Source of the DNA: a virus
IMG/VR virus record: IMGVR_UViG_3300025133_000029
Coordinates: 64,001-128,000 of that record
Reading direction: 5' to 3' (one strand)
DNA: 64,000 nt
The translations under genes were made by a program, and so were the position numbers. This document shows positions 28,322-38,394 of this stretch, piece by piece (positions within the stretch are counted from its first letter, which is position 1; the number at the start of each line of letters is the position of its first letter). Below the pieces are notes generated by a model. That model was not told the origin of the DNA. It searched no databases and saw only the letters and a list, made by a program, of their open reading frames with translations.

Positions 28322-28531
28322 TTTTTATGTTTGGGGCTTGAGTTTTTTTTATATGAGAGTATCTTGTTTTTTCCGCATCTCCGAGGAGCAGAGGTTTTTT
28401 AGTATGATCTCGGAGTTCTGCTCTATTTCTTTCTAGTAATTGGCGTAAATGCTTGGCTTTCTACAGGAAAGAAGATCAATTTTTTATTATTGCGAGGTGC
28501 CCTTGTCGTCTAATCATTAAGGAGATTGAGT

Positions 28532-29884
28532 ATGACGGTACAGAACGAAACCGAAGAAATTGTCCAGACCAACACCGAAGAAGAAGAAGTCGAAGAGACC
28601 GGAACCAAGGCGAAGAAGAAAGGCTCTTCCAAGAAGAAGTCCGGAGCGAAGAAGAAAAAAACTGGTGGCAAAAAGAAAGCCGCTTCCTCCAAAAAGGGAG
28701 GGGGCAAGAAAAAAGCTGCGGCTAAGGCAAAAACCGTTGAGCCTGTGGTGGTTGTTCCTCCAGAAGAAGGAGCCGATGAGTCTCAGCAAGAGGGCGAAGT
28801 GATCGAGGCGGTTCGGGAGCTTGAGTCTCGAAACATGGATCCTCGGTTGATTACCTACCCGCAGCGATTCAAGAACTCTCGGATGAAGCCAGACCCTATC
28901 CACCTTCGCGATCTCAAGGCCAGCGTCAAGCGAAACGGGATCCTGACCCCTCTCATCGTCTGGGAGATTCCTGACGAATCTCAGGAGTCCGGTTTTCGCC
29001 ACGACATCATCTCGGGGTTCAGCCGCTTCAAGGTCATCAATGACTTGATCGCGGAAAATGAACTCAGCTTCTCGGAAATCCCCATCAGAATCTATCGCGG
29101 CAACATCGCGGGTGCGGCAGAGATCAACTTTGCCGAGAACCTGCAGCGCAAAGATCTCTCGCCCTTTGAAATCTGTATGTATCTTCAGTACATGCGAGAG
29201 GAAGTGGACATCAAAAGCACCGACCTCGCCTTGATCGTAGGCAAGTCTGAGGCATGGGTTTCGGTCGCTCTGAAGTTCATGGACAACGCGATCGGTGAGC
29301 TTCAGAAGGTCGTCGAAGAAGGAAAGATGTCCTACTCCTTGGCTCTCGATGTCTCTGGCTTCGAGCCGCATGTGCAAGGAAACTGGGTTGACGCCTACCG
29401 AAAGACTCTCGCCACGAGCGGAAAGAAAAGCGCGGTGCGGGAGGCCAAAAAGAAAGCAGGGAAGGCTAAGAAGAAAAAGAAAAAGCCTTCGGACGCTTAC
29501 CTTCCCCCCGAGACAGTCGTTGCCACGTTCAACTCCTATTACGATATGGAACTGGACACCTATGACGACTTGGTCAAGTCCTACCTCTTCGGCTTGATGG
29601 CAGGCATGGCCCACTGCCTGGGCTATGACGTCAACCTGACCCAAATCGAGAGACCGGACATCGGAAACATCAACGTCAAAGATCTCCCCCTCCTTCAGGC
29701 GACAGAGGACGATGGAGAGGGCGAAGGTGAAGGCGAGTCGGCAGAAAGCACCTCCGAAGGTGAGTCGGCAGAAGAGTCCACTGAGGTCGTTACCGAAGAA
29801 GAGACGACGGAAGAAGGCACCGAAGCCGAAGCCGAGTCGACAGAAGAATCTACCGAAGCCGAAGCCGAAGGCGAAGAAGAGTAG
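28532..29884 (+). CDS. parB: ParB/Spo0J/KorB-family DNA-binding protein with Lys-rich N-tail and acidic C-tail
   Basis: LKASVKRNGILTPLIV, IISGFSRF (GxRR variant), ENLQRKDLSPFE, HTH DLALIVGKSEAWVS; AAGGAG RBS 7 nt before ATG 28532. Confidence 0.85.
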   Translation: MTVQNETEEIVQTNTEEEEVEETGTKAKKKGSSKKKSGAKKKKTGGKKKAASSKKGGGKKKAAAKAKTVEPVVVVPPEEGADESQQEGEVIEAVRELESRNMDPRLITYPQRFKNSRMKPDPIHLRDLKASVKRNGILTPLIVWEIPDESQESGFRHDIISGFSRFKVINDLIAENELSFSEIPIRIYRGNIAGAAEINFAENLQRKDLSPFEICMYLQYMREEVDIKSTDLALIVGKSEAWVSVALKFMDNAIGELQKVVEEGKMSYSLALDVSGFEPHVQGNWVDAYRKTLATSGKKSAVREAKKKAGKAKKKKKKPSDAYLPPETVVATFNSYYDMELDTYDDLVKSYLFGLMAGMAHCLGYDVNLTQIERPDIGNINVKDLPLLQATEDDGEGEGEGESAESTSEGESAEESTEVVTEEETTEEGTEAEAESTEESTEAEAEGEEE

Positions 29885-29928
29885 AATCCCGCATCGAGGT
29901 TCTTTCTTCCCCACTCACACCCCTCCTT

Positions 29929-30450
29929 CTATCCTTCCTCTTCCCGTTTTCTCGGGATATCCCCCAACCACATCTTGATCTGATATTGTGATTCGCCGAC
30001 GTGCTTTGCATCAGCCGGATTCAAGAACTCTTGTGAGAGTCGAAGTTTGTTCGGTGCCTCTTCCAGGTTGAATGCAAAGTGATAATATCTTTCACTGGAG
30101 AGTCGACCCTTGGGAAAGCCATAGGATCTTTCTAATTTTCGAATATGGTCTGGATCCAAAACACCAACAAGAGCAATGAGTCTCTCATTGCGTAGATCTA
30201 TATCAGAGATTTCATCTGCGGTAAGCTTCTCTCTGTATCCATACCAAATTGGATATTTGTTTGTCATACACTCAGCAATGCGCCACTCCTCACCGCTGAT
30301 GCTTCGTGATTCGCGCATCGCGACTTCAAGAGATTCGCGGCAAGCAGCGCTCTCAGCCACTCGAGCGCGTTGTCGTTCCTCTTGCTCTGCTCTTCTTCTT
30401 GCCTTACGCCGTTCTCTGTTTTTATTCTTCTTCTTTTTGCCTTTTCTCAT
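29929..30450 (-). CDS. Hypothetical protein with basic N-terminus
   Basis: 173-aa ORF. Confidence 0.55.
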   Translation of the reverse strand: MRKGKKKKNKNRERRKARRRAEQEERQRARVAESAACRESLEVAMRESRSISGEEWRIAECMTNKYPIWYGYREKLTADEISDIDLRNERLIALVGVLDPDHIRKLERSYGFPKGRLSSERYYHFAFNLEEAPNKLRLSQEFLNPADAKHVGESQYQIKMWLGDIPRKREEEG

Positions 30451-30456
30451 TTCGCA

Positions 30457-30972
30457 TCACTCTTCTGGGTTTTCTTTTTTCGAGCTTTTCTTCTTTTTGC
30501 TTTTCTTCTTGGTAGGTGGTGTGGGGGCAGCAGGCGTTTCTTCTATTGGACTATCTTCAGATGACTCATCTGCTTTGGGAATTTCTGCTACCGAGTCGCC
30601 GGGTGAGAGTTTTTGCTTATTGGCTCGATGGAAGACTCGGACTTCTTGTGAGAGGTTCTTTACTTGCTCTTGGAGTTGGAGGATCAATTCTTTTGATGCG
30701 TCTTGCCCGTCTGTTAAGGAGGCAATTTGTCTGCTTTTCTCGGATACTGTTGCTTGGAGGTCATCTGTCTGTGAGCGCAGAGCCTTTCTCGCGAGTTTGT
30801 TGTCATAAAGAAGCCCACAGACATAGGTCCACAAACCTTTCAATCGTCGTAGCTGCTCTATTCTGTCTTCATCTTTTGTGCCGACAATATACTCTTCCAG
30901 GGCACTAAAGACTTCCTTACCTTCATCAATGTAATTAATGGGATCGTCTATCTGAAGTTCTTTGTCGGACAT
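30457..30972 (-). CDS. Coiled-coil protein with Lys-rich C-terminus
   Basis: 171-aa ORF, GAGGA RBS. Confidence 0.6.
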   Translation of the reverse strand: MSDKELQIDDPINYIDEGKEVFSALEEYIVGTKDEDRIEQLRRLKGLWTYVCGLLYDNKLARKALRSQTDDLQATVSEKSRQIASLTDGQDASKELILQLQEQVKNLSQEVRVFHRANKQKLSPGDSVAEIPKADESSEDSPIEETPAAPTPPTKKKSKKKKSSKKENPEE

Positions 30973-31013
30973 CTTGTGTTATCCTCTTTTTGTTACATTT
31001 TTATGGACTAAAA

Positions 31014-31030
31014 TCTTTAGAGTCTAAAGA
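31014..31030. repeat. Dispersed palindrome TCTTTAGA-G-TCTAAAGA
   Basis: Exact core, between divergent genes. Confidence 0.95.
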
Positions 31031-31071
31031 AGTCAAAATTCGATATTCTTTATAACATGAGGTTTGTATAG

Positions 31072-31752
31072 ATGAGAAGTGATTCGTGGTGGAAGGGCTT
31101 TGTCCTTGGAGCAATTATTGGTTTCTCTCTTTGGTTTGTTTTTCAGAATATTGCCAGGGGAGAAAAGACAAAGATTCCATGTGTCTATAAAAACGCGAGA
31201 GGGCAATTTCGATTCAATAAAGAGAAGAGATCTTGCATACAATACACAAGGACAGATGAGGTCGCTGCGCAAAAAAGACTCATCGTCCTAAAAAATTATA
31301 TTGAAAAAAAAGAACCCATATGGCGAGAGAAAGAGAAGAGGTATAAGCAACTCGAAGGATCTTATAAGAAGAGCGAGAAAGAAAGGGATAATGAAAGAAA
31401 GCTTTTCAGAGAGATAATCGAGAGCAAAGACAAGCAGGTTGGTGTTTGGCGAAAGGCTTTCTTGGATGTTAAGAAGCTGGCCGCACCACCAGAAAAGAGA
31501 TTCTGGGAGAATCCGTGGTTTTGGTCAACGGCTATTATTGTGGTTGGGTTAGGGGCAGGGGTGATTGCGTGGTTGAGCAGAGGAGGGGATTCTGGTGGGC
31601 AAAACGTTAGAATATCGCCCCAGAAAGGGCCACAGTCGGGTCTTCTTTATGGCTATCGAGCAAGGGCTAGGGTGAGGGTAGGCGGGGGCATATATCGGCG
31701 CAAAACGGGAGTTTCGGGCGGGAGTAATTTCTTAGTGTTACGCGCTCGATAG
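31072..31752 (+). CDS. Membrane/secreted coiled-coil protein with C-terminal TM anchor
   Basis: N-terminal hydrophobic segment, coiled coil, FWENPWFWSTAIIVVGLGAG anchor. Confidence 0.6.
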   Translation: MRSDSWWKGFVLGAIIGFSLWFVFQNIARGEKTKIPCVYKNARGQFRFNKEKRSCIQYTRTDEVAAQKRLIVLKNYIEKKEPIWREKEKRYKQLEGSYKKSEKERDNERKLFREIIESKDKQVGVWRKAFLDVKKLAAPPEKRFWENPWFWSTAIIVVGLGAGVIAWLSRGGDSGGQNVRISPQKGPQSGLLYGYRARARVRVGGGIYRRKTGVSGGSNFLVLRAR

Positions 31753-31756
31753 AAGA

Positions 31757-32425
31757 TTACCACTCTGCATCTTCTTCCATCTCATCGAGGATTTTTGACA
31801 AGTCTTCAGGGTTTTTGGTTAGGATAGGAGGTGTAGCGGGGCTTTGTTCTTCTTCGTGGAACCACTCGCTCTCTAATTCTTGTAAGTCCTCTTGGTAGAC
31901 AGGGGCGAGTTCTTTGTGTTTTTTCTCCAGTTCTTTTTTTGTGCTTTCGAGTGGGTCTATCTTTTGTGGTTCGGGCAAAGGGGGAGTTGAGCTTGGGGCG
32001 GGAAGGATAGATCCTCCAGACATAGCAGATGGAGAGGATTTATCGCGAAGACTTTGGATGTTTTGAATGGTGCAGGGGTCATACTCCCATCCCGGTTCTG
32101 CGAGTCTTCTTTTTATCTCGCGAAGAGCTTCAAACTGTGTGGTACTACCACCCGTAGGCCCATCAGGCTGTCCGGGTAAAATGAATTGTGAGCCGACGAC
32201 TCCTGTGAGTGTCGTGGTTGTTCCACCTGTTCCTTTTGCTTCAAAAAAAAGATTGTTTTGAGCATGTATAAGGGTTACTCTCCAGTTGCTCCCCTTTTTT
32301 GCTTCAGATTCTGCGAATTGGACACTCATTGGGTGGGATGCACCACGAGCCGCAGACCTCGAAGGTTTCCTTGATCTTATCCTGTGTATGTGGGGGACGC
32401 GGTGATGTGTTTTTGTTTGTGACAA
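31757..32425 (-). CDS. Hypothetical protein (start uncertain)
   Basis: 222-aa ORF. Confidence 0.5.
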   Translation of the reverse strand: MSQTKTHHRVPHIHRIRSRKPSRSAARGASHPMSVQFAESEAKKGSNWRVTLIHAQNNLFFEAKGTGGTTTTLTGVVGSQFILPGQPDGPTGGSTTQFEALREIKRRLAEPGWEYDPCTIQNIQSLRDKSSPSAMSGGSILPAPSSTPPLPEPQKIDPLESTKKELEKKHKELAPVYQEDLQELESEWFHEEEQSPATPPILTKNPEDLSKILDEMEEDAEW

Positions 32426-32594
32426 AAGTATGTCCCTTATGTAAATAAAAAAAACAGGACCAGAGAGAAGAATAACAAAAACGACATCTTCAACAAGAAC
32501 ATCTTTTCTTTGTTATTATGGTTGAAGTATGATGACCAACAAAGAGTCTCATTCTCTAGTCTTCTTTTAGAAAAACATTTAGGAGTAAAAAAAA

Positions 32595-33287
32595 ATGAAA
32601 AGTCCTTTCGAAGACAAAAATCCTTTGGAGTCTCAATTAGAGGGATCTTCCCCATTACCCCCTATGGGAATGGGAGAAGAGCAACCTGCAGGCCCTAAGC
32701 CCTACGACAGGTCGGCAGCGGAAGCGTATTTGGCAAAGCTGCCAAGAGATCCAGAAGATCCTCGAGCTGATATGTATCTGGACACAAATGAACACGGCGA
32801 ATATGACGATACTGGTTATTTGCCGTGGTCCATGTCTCCGCAAGAGTTGGCGGACTACGAACACACTCTCAACTCTCCAGTAGTAGAAGGTTCGAGATAT
32901 GAGGATCTTGTTTCTGCTTCCAGTAAGGGGACGGAGGTAGACGAGATTAAGAATCGACAACTAAGCCCTGATGGAAGTAACGTTCCTCATATGGATGATT
33001 ATTTGTCTATGGATATAGGAAGTCCCATCCACCAAACGGAGCTGCCTCTTTATTCAATGGAAGATGTGCAGCAAGATTATGCAGATTTCTATAATGAACC
33101 TCCTGAAGTACAACAAAAACTCGAGCACCTACTGGCTAGCGCACGAAATAGCATGCTTGAGCAACAAATTTCTAATGCGAACTCAGTGAGGTCATTCTAT
33201 AGTCGTCTTCGTGGTGCGCCTACAAGGGATCCAGAACCACAAGAACCTATACAAAGCACTGCGTTAGAAGACGATACCGAATTTTAG
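32595..33287 (+). CDS. Acidic hypothetical protein
   Basis: AGGAG RBS, 230 aa. Confidence 0.6.
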   Translation: MKSPFEDKNPLESQLEGSSPLPPMGMGEEQPAGPKPYDRSAAEAYLAKLPRDPEDPRADMYLDTNEHGEYDDTGYLPWSMSPQELADYEHTLNSPVVEGSRYEDLVSASSKGTEVDEIKNRQLSPDGSNVPHMDDYLSMDIGSPIHQTELPLYSMEDVQQDYADFYNEPPEVQQKLEHLLASARNSMLEQQISNANSVRSFYSRLRGAPTRDPEPQEPIQSTALEDDTEF

Positions 33288-33316
33288 AAAAAAAGTGTCA
33301 CTCGGAGATAGAGTCT

Positions 33317-36300
33317 ATGTCGGGAAAGATGAACTTGACCTTTGATGAAAGCGGTCAACTGAAAAGTGTGAATATCTCTGGTGATATTCCTCCAGATGCT
33401 CAAGAACACGTCAAGCGAGCTTTGGGCTGGGAAGGGATGGAGGAAGAAGGATCTTTAGACGCTAAAGATTTGAATCATCCGACAACACCTCCGGGTGATA
33501 AACAAGACTTTGGGATGGAGACAGGAGATCCATCTTTGGATCAATCGCATGAGGAGCATGGTTCATTTCCTCACTCCGCTCCACCGAGTCTGGATCCTCC
33601 TCCTCCTCAAGAGGATCCCGCGAATCATCCTCTGGAGACAGCTAATCCAAGAGCATCCGGTAATTCCTCTATGGGTCCTTTGCCGGTTATGCAGGATGCA
33701 GGGATGGCAGGAGGGCCAGTAAATCCTCCCGATCCAGATTCCTTTATGACAACACCACCTCCGGAACTATCAGCTGGAACAGTTCGAGATTTGTATGGTC
33801 CGAGTCCGGGGTCAGCAGAAGACGGGTTTCATGTGGCTCCTCCTGGTGAGAATGAACCAATCCTCAATCAAATGGTTCAAGATCAGCAGATGGAAGAGAT
33901 GGGTGCTTCCCCGGAGGCAGTCGTTGATATTCCGAGGGGGATTTCTCAGGAGCAATTTGCTCAACTGCCTCCTGAAGAACAGGAGGAATATCATGCTCTC
34001 CTGAGTCGTATGAACGATGCTATTGATGGGCACCAACATCAAACATTTCGTACATTGATAGGTCGTGTGCAAGAATTACAGCGGAAGATGAAGTCCTTTG
34101 CGCCAGAGCCCATGCAAGAGATGCCAGAAGTTCCGCCACCGCAGTATGCCAAGTCGGTGTCGGGGTATGATGTTTCTTATTATCTTGGAAGAGAAGGAAG
34201 TCTGCGAAAATCAGACGAAGATTCTCCGATGAGTGCAGACGGTCCGAATTTGAGATCGGCGGTTTCTTTGTCTACACCTTCTAGCAAGATGGATTCACCG
34301 GGGTCCGAAGGATCTGGTGGAGGCTTGTCTTCAGGAGAGTCGACATCTTCCTCGACTGCCTCCCCCGGTTCCTCGGTGAAGCAGAGTTCACTCTTCTCGT
34401 CTGGATCAGGATCAAATAAATCTCCTGGTCTTGGGTCCTCCTCGAGTTCAGATGAACCCGACTTGTCATCTTTTCCGGTTAGGCATGTGGCTCCGGGTAA
34501 ATTTCAAGAAAGCCAAGACAGTGGCGATAGTGCGTCTGTAGAAAGTACTGGATCGAGTGGGGTTTTCGGGGGTAGTAATGATGATGATGTTGATATCTCT
34601 TCGTTTCCAGTTCGGCATGTAGCGCCGAGCGGTCCCAGCGGAGGGAGCGGTGTGGATGATGGGAGAGAGCGGACAAACCTGCAGGCTCCTGCAGATGTTT
34701 TCGGTCGTCATTTGGATTCAAAAGGGGATCTTCATTCAAGAGGATCTCTCCATAGAATGAAACATCCAAAGTTTCATCATAGTCAGTCTCATGCTCGCTT
34801 AGTAAGTACGGGGAGCAGTCATCCCCACGAAGATCATGGTCAGATGGAGAATTATCTTCACGATCTTCTTAATCATCCCGATCATGCGGAGAGTTCCACG
34901 AAACTTCGCGAACTTCGTGAGAAGTATGGAGAGGATTTTACTCCTTACGTCATGTCTTGGTTTGAGCACAAGCACCACTATGACCCGGAGCATCCGGAGC
35001 AAAATAGGGGTTCAAGAGCTTCTCGTGGTTCTGATGGCATTGTACCAATGATACAAGGGAAGTCCCATAATGGGCAGGGAGCACATATGTTCCAGTTCCA
35101 AGAGGGACCACACCCAGTTCATCATGGTTATGGGGGACCAGCCGCGACGGCAACTGGTCTAACGCAGGCTAAATGGCAGGATCGAGATGCTCGTGGGGCT
35201 TGGCACCAAGCCATTGCACGAACTCATTCGAACGAAGAAAACAATCACCCCAGCAACGTTGATTTTGAATTTCAGGGTGTGCCTCACACAGTTCAAATTC
35301 ATCCGGACCTATATGAGGATGTTGCTTCTGGTGAGATTTCGCCCCTCATGGCTTATCATCGAACGATGGAGATTTTAAGGGCGGAGAGTCCCGAGAAGCT
35401 ACGTTGGGGGATAAAGGACAGAGAGAATCCAGATAGATATCATGCTTATGAGCAGCAAGGGATGTCTGCGGGAGGAAAAACCAAGAGAATCGCAAATGGC
35501 CTAGCTGCGGATCAAGGGCACTACTTAGATGTCTTGGGACACGATGGTTCCTTACATGGGGAGCAATTACCCAACTGGGGAGATGATTTCAGTAGACAAC
35601 AGCATTGGTTCTTTCATACCACTCAAGATGGATTTCTAGGTGGTATGAGTGACGAAGATGTTGATCTGGGAAGAATATTTGGTAAAGATAACCAATCCCT
35701 TCAAGATGGATTTTTGAAAGCTGCTCGTAGAGAAGGCAAAAAAGGACTTCATGGTAAGTTGAGTCCTTCGGGGTATAACCAGCGTCATTATTTGTATCAC
35801 AGTGAGGATGATGATGCTCATCTGGGCGCGAGGTCGAAGGCTGCATTGCAGAGTGGTCGTTCTCATGTGGAGACATTCCGAAATGAAGACGGATCTCCAC
35901 GAGCATCGTTGTTTCGGAGAGAGATTGGTCCCGATGCGAGTGATACTCGTCCAAGTTCACAGCCGTATGTTTTGGTGGAGCATAGTACGGATGATAAAGG
36001 AAATCCGACACCAGGAAATAAGTGGTTTACCGCAGGAAAGGAAGGACAGGATCGTGTTTACTTTGGAACGGAGCATGGTGCTCGTCACGCGATAGATTTA
36101 TTTGATCGGGTGAAGCGTGGTCAGCAGCATCCTAATGGGATTCATCAAGCGTATGCAGATTTGCAACTGCGAGAGAAGTGCCATCCCGCAATACGTGAAC
36201 AAATGGAACAACAATTTCCCTTGCTTTCGCGTATTCAATTTGGGGAGTTGCCTTATCAAGCAGTAGAGAAAGAAGTTCGACTTGGAACAGGCAAAGGTGG

Positions 36301-38260
36301 TGCGGATAAAACGTACCGAATGAGGTCGTTGAATCCTGTTATTACGGATGAAGAGTTCTGGGGAGACTACGAGTCTGTTCTGGCCACACGCGGGTCGCTG
36401 CGCCCTGAAGGGGAACAAGGTCAAGGATCTTTGCGTGCTCGTTTTGCTAATTCTGGCATGGTGGGTGAGATGTTCCCCATGATAGATAAAGCGATACGAG
36501 AAACGAAGAATGCATGGGGACAGTTTGATGCTAAACATTGGCGTCACGATGCAAATGGAAATGTTGATTCCGACTACCAGCAAATGTTCATCGAGGCGGT
36601 CAGGGCAATCAGAGGAAAGTTTTTGACTGTTCGGCAAGGGGCGATGAACCAAGGAGGTTTTGTTCCAAACCAGGGGCCAACACAGGCAGCGCATCGTGGT
36701 AAAGGTGAAAGGGGGAAAGATTATGCTCCTCCAGGACGTCGGTGGGGAGCGGAGTGGAATGCGGGGCAGGGTAATTCCTTTATTGGATCCTATATCAGCA
36801 CGCTCTTGCGATCTCAGGGTGGTCCTTTATCTAACTATTATCGTGACTATGTTGACCATGGTGCTAGCATTCCAGAAGATGTTTGGAAGAAAGAATTCCT
36901 GGATGATTGGAAGCAAACTCAGGTAGATCAGTGGAATGTGGAGATTGGCCCATTTATACCCGAAGAGGAGCAGAGGAGTTTATTTAATGAGTTCGTAAAA
37001 GACTTGCGGGGTATTGGGAATAGAAGTCAGGCCAGAGAGTTTTATCGAAGAAACCGTGGATGGGCGATGTATCCACAGTATAGGAAGAAGATAGGGCAGG
37101 GTGATCTGAGTGAGCGAACGGGTGTTGGGCATGGGGCAGATTATGCTTCTCAGGGGAGGCGTGAGGAGATCGCAGATGCGACGAGTGCTAGCATGGGGAT
37201 GCTCAACCCAGAAGAAGCGATGATGGAGAAAGAGAGATTGGGGGGGAGTTATGCAGATAACTTATTATCGCTTGCCCCTGAATCTTCGGATTCGGAATCT
37301 GGTGTTGGGGGTCTTGATGCTTTAGCAGCTTTTGATCAAGGTGGAGAGGTGTCGGAAGAGGAACAGCGTTTTCATGACAGCATGGCTCGTATAAAAGGTG
37401 AAAAGAACGATCCTTCAAAGGAACTGTCAATCAAGGCAGGAGCGTATGTTCGGAGAAATGTCAACGCAGAGATGGATGCGTTGGTAAAGAATCACCCTGA
37501 GTTAACACAGGGGGTAGATTTGGACGAAGATGGTGATCATAACTTTCTTGACAACCATATCTATTGGCCCATCTATGATGCTTATCAGGCAATAATGACG
37601 GAGAAGGTGCTAAGGGCATCGGGGAAAGTGGTTAACAACGAAAATCTAATATCTCTGGGAAGCAGAATATTGGCTCGTTACATTTATGATCAGCATGGTG
37701 GTGAGATTGACTCCTTTGATCGAGAAGACATACAGCGCCTTGCAGAGATGAGTCGAAAGTATATTGAGCCTCTTGTGGAGAATCAAGAGCTTATGCAGGC
37801 TTTGACTAGCCATGGAAAGGCATCAACTCGAAAAAGTCTCTCTGGTTTAGATGCGGGACATATTTTGGCAACGAAACGACTGATACAGCAGAAGCGGAAT
37901 AGTGTTGTGAAGTCCATATTGGATGCGGTTGCTCCTGAAAACGACATCAAGCGACTGGTTCTCTTGCGTCTCATTAAGTCACTCCGAAGTGGTGAGTTAC
38001 TCAAGAGCCGTGGAGAAAGTTTAGTTGAATTGACGAGTCGATATCACCCAAAGATTTCAGAGTTTGTGGATTCAACGACTCCTCAAGAGTCGCTTCGACA
38101 TGTATTGTCTTGGTATGCAGAGTTTCGCCATCATGAATTGTTCAAGGGTCTACTGGATCATGTTCAAGCGGAAATACGCTTAGATGAGGCGGATGCGCTT
38201 CACAAGTCTGCGAAATTGAGGTTCGTATCTGCGTTTTATAATCCCTTACAGAGTAATTAG
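33317..38260 (+). CDS. Very large protein (1647 aa), probable internal head/ejection protein
   Basis: Disordered Pro/Ser/His-rich N-terminus, duplicated SSFPVRHVAP, clustered K-S motifs; upstream of the head module. Confidence 0.65.
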   Translation: MSGKMNLTFDESGQLKSVNISGDIPPDAQEHVKRALGWEGMEEEGSLDAKDLNHPTTPPGDKQDFGMETGDPSLDQSHEEHGSFPHSAPPSLDPPPPQEDPANHPLETANPRASGNSSMGPLPVMQDAGMAGGPVNPPDPDSFMTTPPPELSAGTVRDLYGPSPGSAEDGFHVAPPGENEPILNQMVQDQQMEEMGASPEAVVDIPRGISQEQFAQLPPEEQEEYHALLSRMNDAIDGHQHQTFRTLIGRVQELQRKMKSFAPEPMQEMPEVPPPQYAKSVSGYDVSYYLGREGSLRKSDEDSPMSADGPNLRSAVSLSTPSSKMDSPGSEGSGGGLSSGESTSSSTASPGSSVKQSSLFSSGSGSNKSPGLGSSSSSDEPDLSSFPVRHVAPGKFQESQDSGDSASVESTGSSGVFGGSNDDDVDISSFPVRHVAPSGPSGGSGVDDGRERTNLQAPADVFGRHLDSKGDLHSRGSLHRMKHPKFHHSQSHARLVSTGSSHPHEDHGQMENYLHDLLNHPDHAESSTKLRELREKYGEDFTPYVMSWFEHKHHYDPEHPEQNRGSRASRGSDGIVPMIQGKSHNGQGAHMFQFQEGPHPVHHGYGGPAATATGLTQAKWQDRDARGAWHQAIARTHSNEENNHPSNVDFEFQGVPHTVQIHPDLYEDVASGEISPLMAYHRTMEILRAESPEKLRWGIKDRENPDRYHAYEQQGMSAGGKTKRIANGLAADQGHYLDVLGHDGSLHGEQLPNWGDDFSRQQHWFFHTTQDGFLGGMSDEDVDLGRIFGKDNQSLQDGFLKAARREGKKGLHGKLSPSGYNQRHYLYHSEDDDAHLGARSKAALQSGRSHVETFRNEDGSPRASLFRREIGPDASDTRPSSQPYVLVEHSTDDKGNPTPGNKWFTAGKEGQDRVYFGTEHGARHAIDLFDRVKRGQQHPNGIHQAYADLQLREKCHPAIREQMEQQFPLLSRIQFGELPYQAVEKEVRLGTGKGGADKTYRMRSLNPVITDEEFWGDYESVLATRGSLRPEGEQGQGSLRARFANSGMVGEMFPMIDKAIRETKNAWGQFDAKHWRHDANGNVDSDYQQMFIEAVRAIRGKFLTVRQGAMNQGGFVPNQGPTQAAHRGKGERGKDYAPPGRRWGAEWNAGQGNSFIGSYISTLLRSQGGPLSNYYRDYVDHGASIPEDVWKKEFLDDWKQTQVDQWNVEIGPFIPEEEQRSLFNEFVKDLRGIGNRSQAREFYRRNRGWAMYPQYRKKIGQGDLSERTGVGHGADYASQGRREEIADATSASMGMLNPEEAMMEKERLGGSYADNLLSLAPESSDSESGVGGLDALAAFDQGGEVSEEEQRFHDSMARIKGEKNDPSKELSIKAGAYVRRNVNAEMDALVKNHPELTQGVDLDEDGDHNFLDNHIYWPIYDAYQAIMTEKVLRASGKVVNNENLISLGSRILARYIYDQHGGEIDSFDREDIQRLAEMSRKYIEPLVENQELMQALTSHGKASTRKSLSGLDAGHILATKRLIQQKRNSVVKSILDAVAPENDIKRLVLLRLIKSLRSGELLKSRGESLVELTSRYHPKISEFVDSTTPQESLRHVLSWYAEFRHHELFKGLLDHVQAEIRLDEADALHKSAKLRFVSAFYNPLQSN
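33452..33468. repeat. Dispersed palindrome, 1 mismatch (TCTTTAGA-C-GCTAAAGA), intragenic
   Basis: Encodes SLDAKD; right arm contains GCTAAA, as in the KorB operator. Confidence 0.7.
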
Positions 38261-38296
38261 TTTTATAGAGGAGAAGAGTGTCTGGTTTTCTTCGAA

Positions 38297-38313
38297 TCTT
38301 TAGAGTCTAAAGA
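38297..38313. repeat. Dispersed palindrome TCTTTAGA-G-TCTAAAGA
   Basis: Exact core; first of a pair. Confidence 0.95.
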
Positions 38314-38353
38314 TTTCCTGATATGTTGATGGTGTGTCAATTGTCTTTATGGA

Positions 38354-38370
38354 TCTTTAGACTCTAAAGA
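38354..38370. repeat. Dispersed palindrome TCTTTAGA-C-TCTAAAGA
   Basis: Exact core; starts 57 bp after the previous copy. Confidence 0.95.
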
Positions 38371-38394
38371 TTTTCTTATTATTTGGATGGTGTA

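Noticed and set aside
28379-28423. Crossed complementary segments (CTCCGAG/CTCGGAG, GAGCAGA/TCTGCTC) upstream of parB as a pseudoknot or switch
   Set aside because: The 7-bp stems have loop lengths incompatible with an H-type pseudoknot and could arise by chance.
28517-29914. 465-aa minus-strand ORF, and similar antisense ORFs at 39857-41005, 41607-42602, 6624-7421 and 5319-6005
   Set aside because: These are shadow ORFs opposite codon-biased genes (ParB, scaffold, MCP, vWA) and have no motifs of their own.
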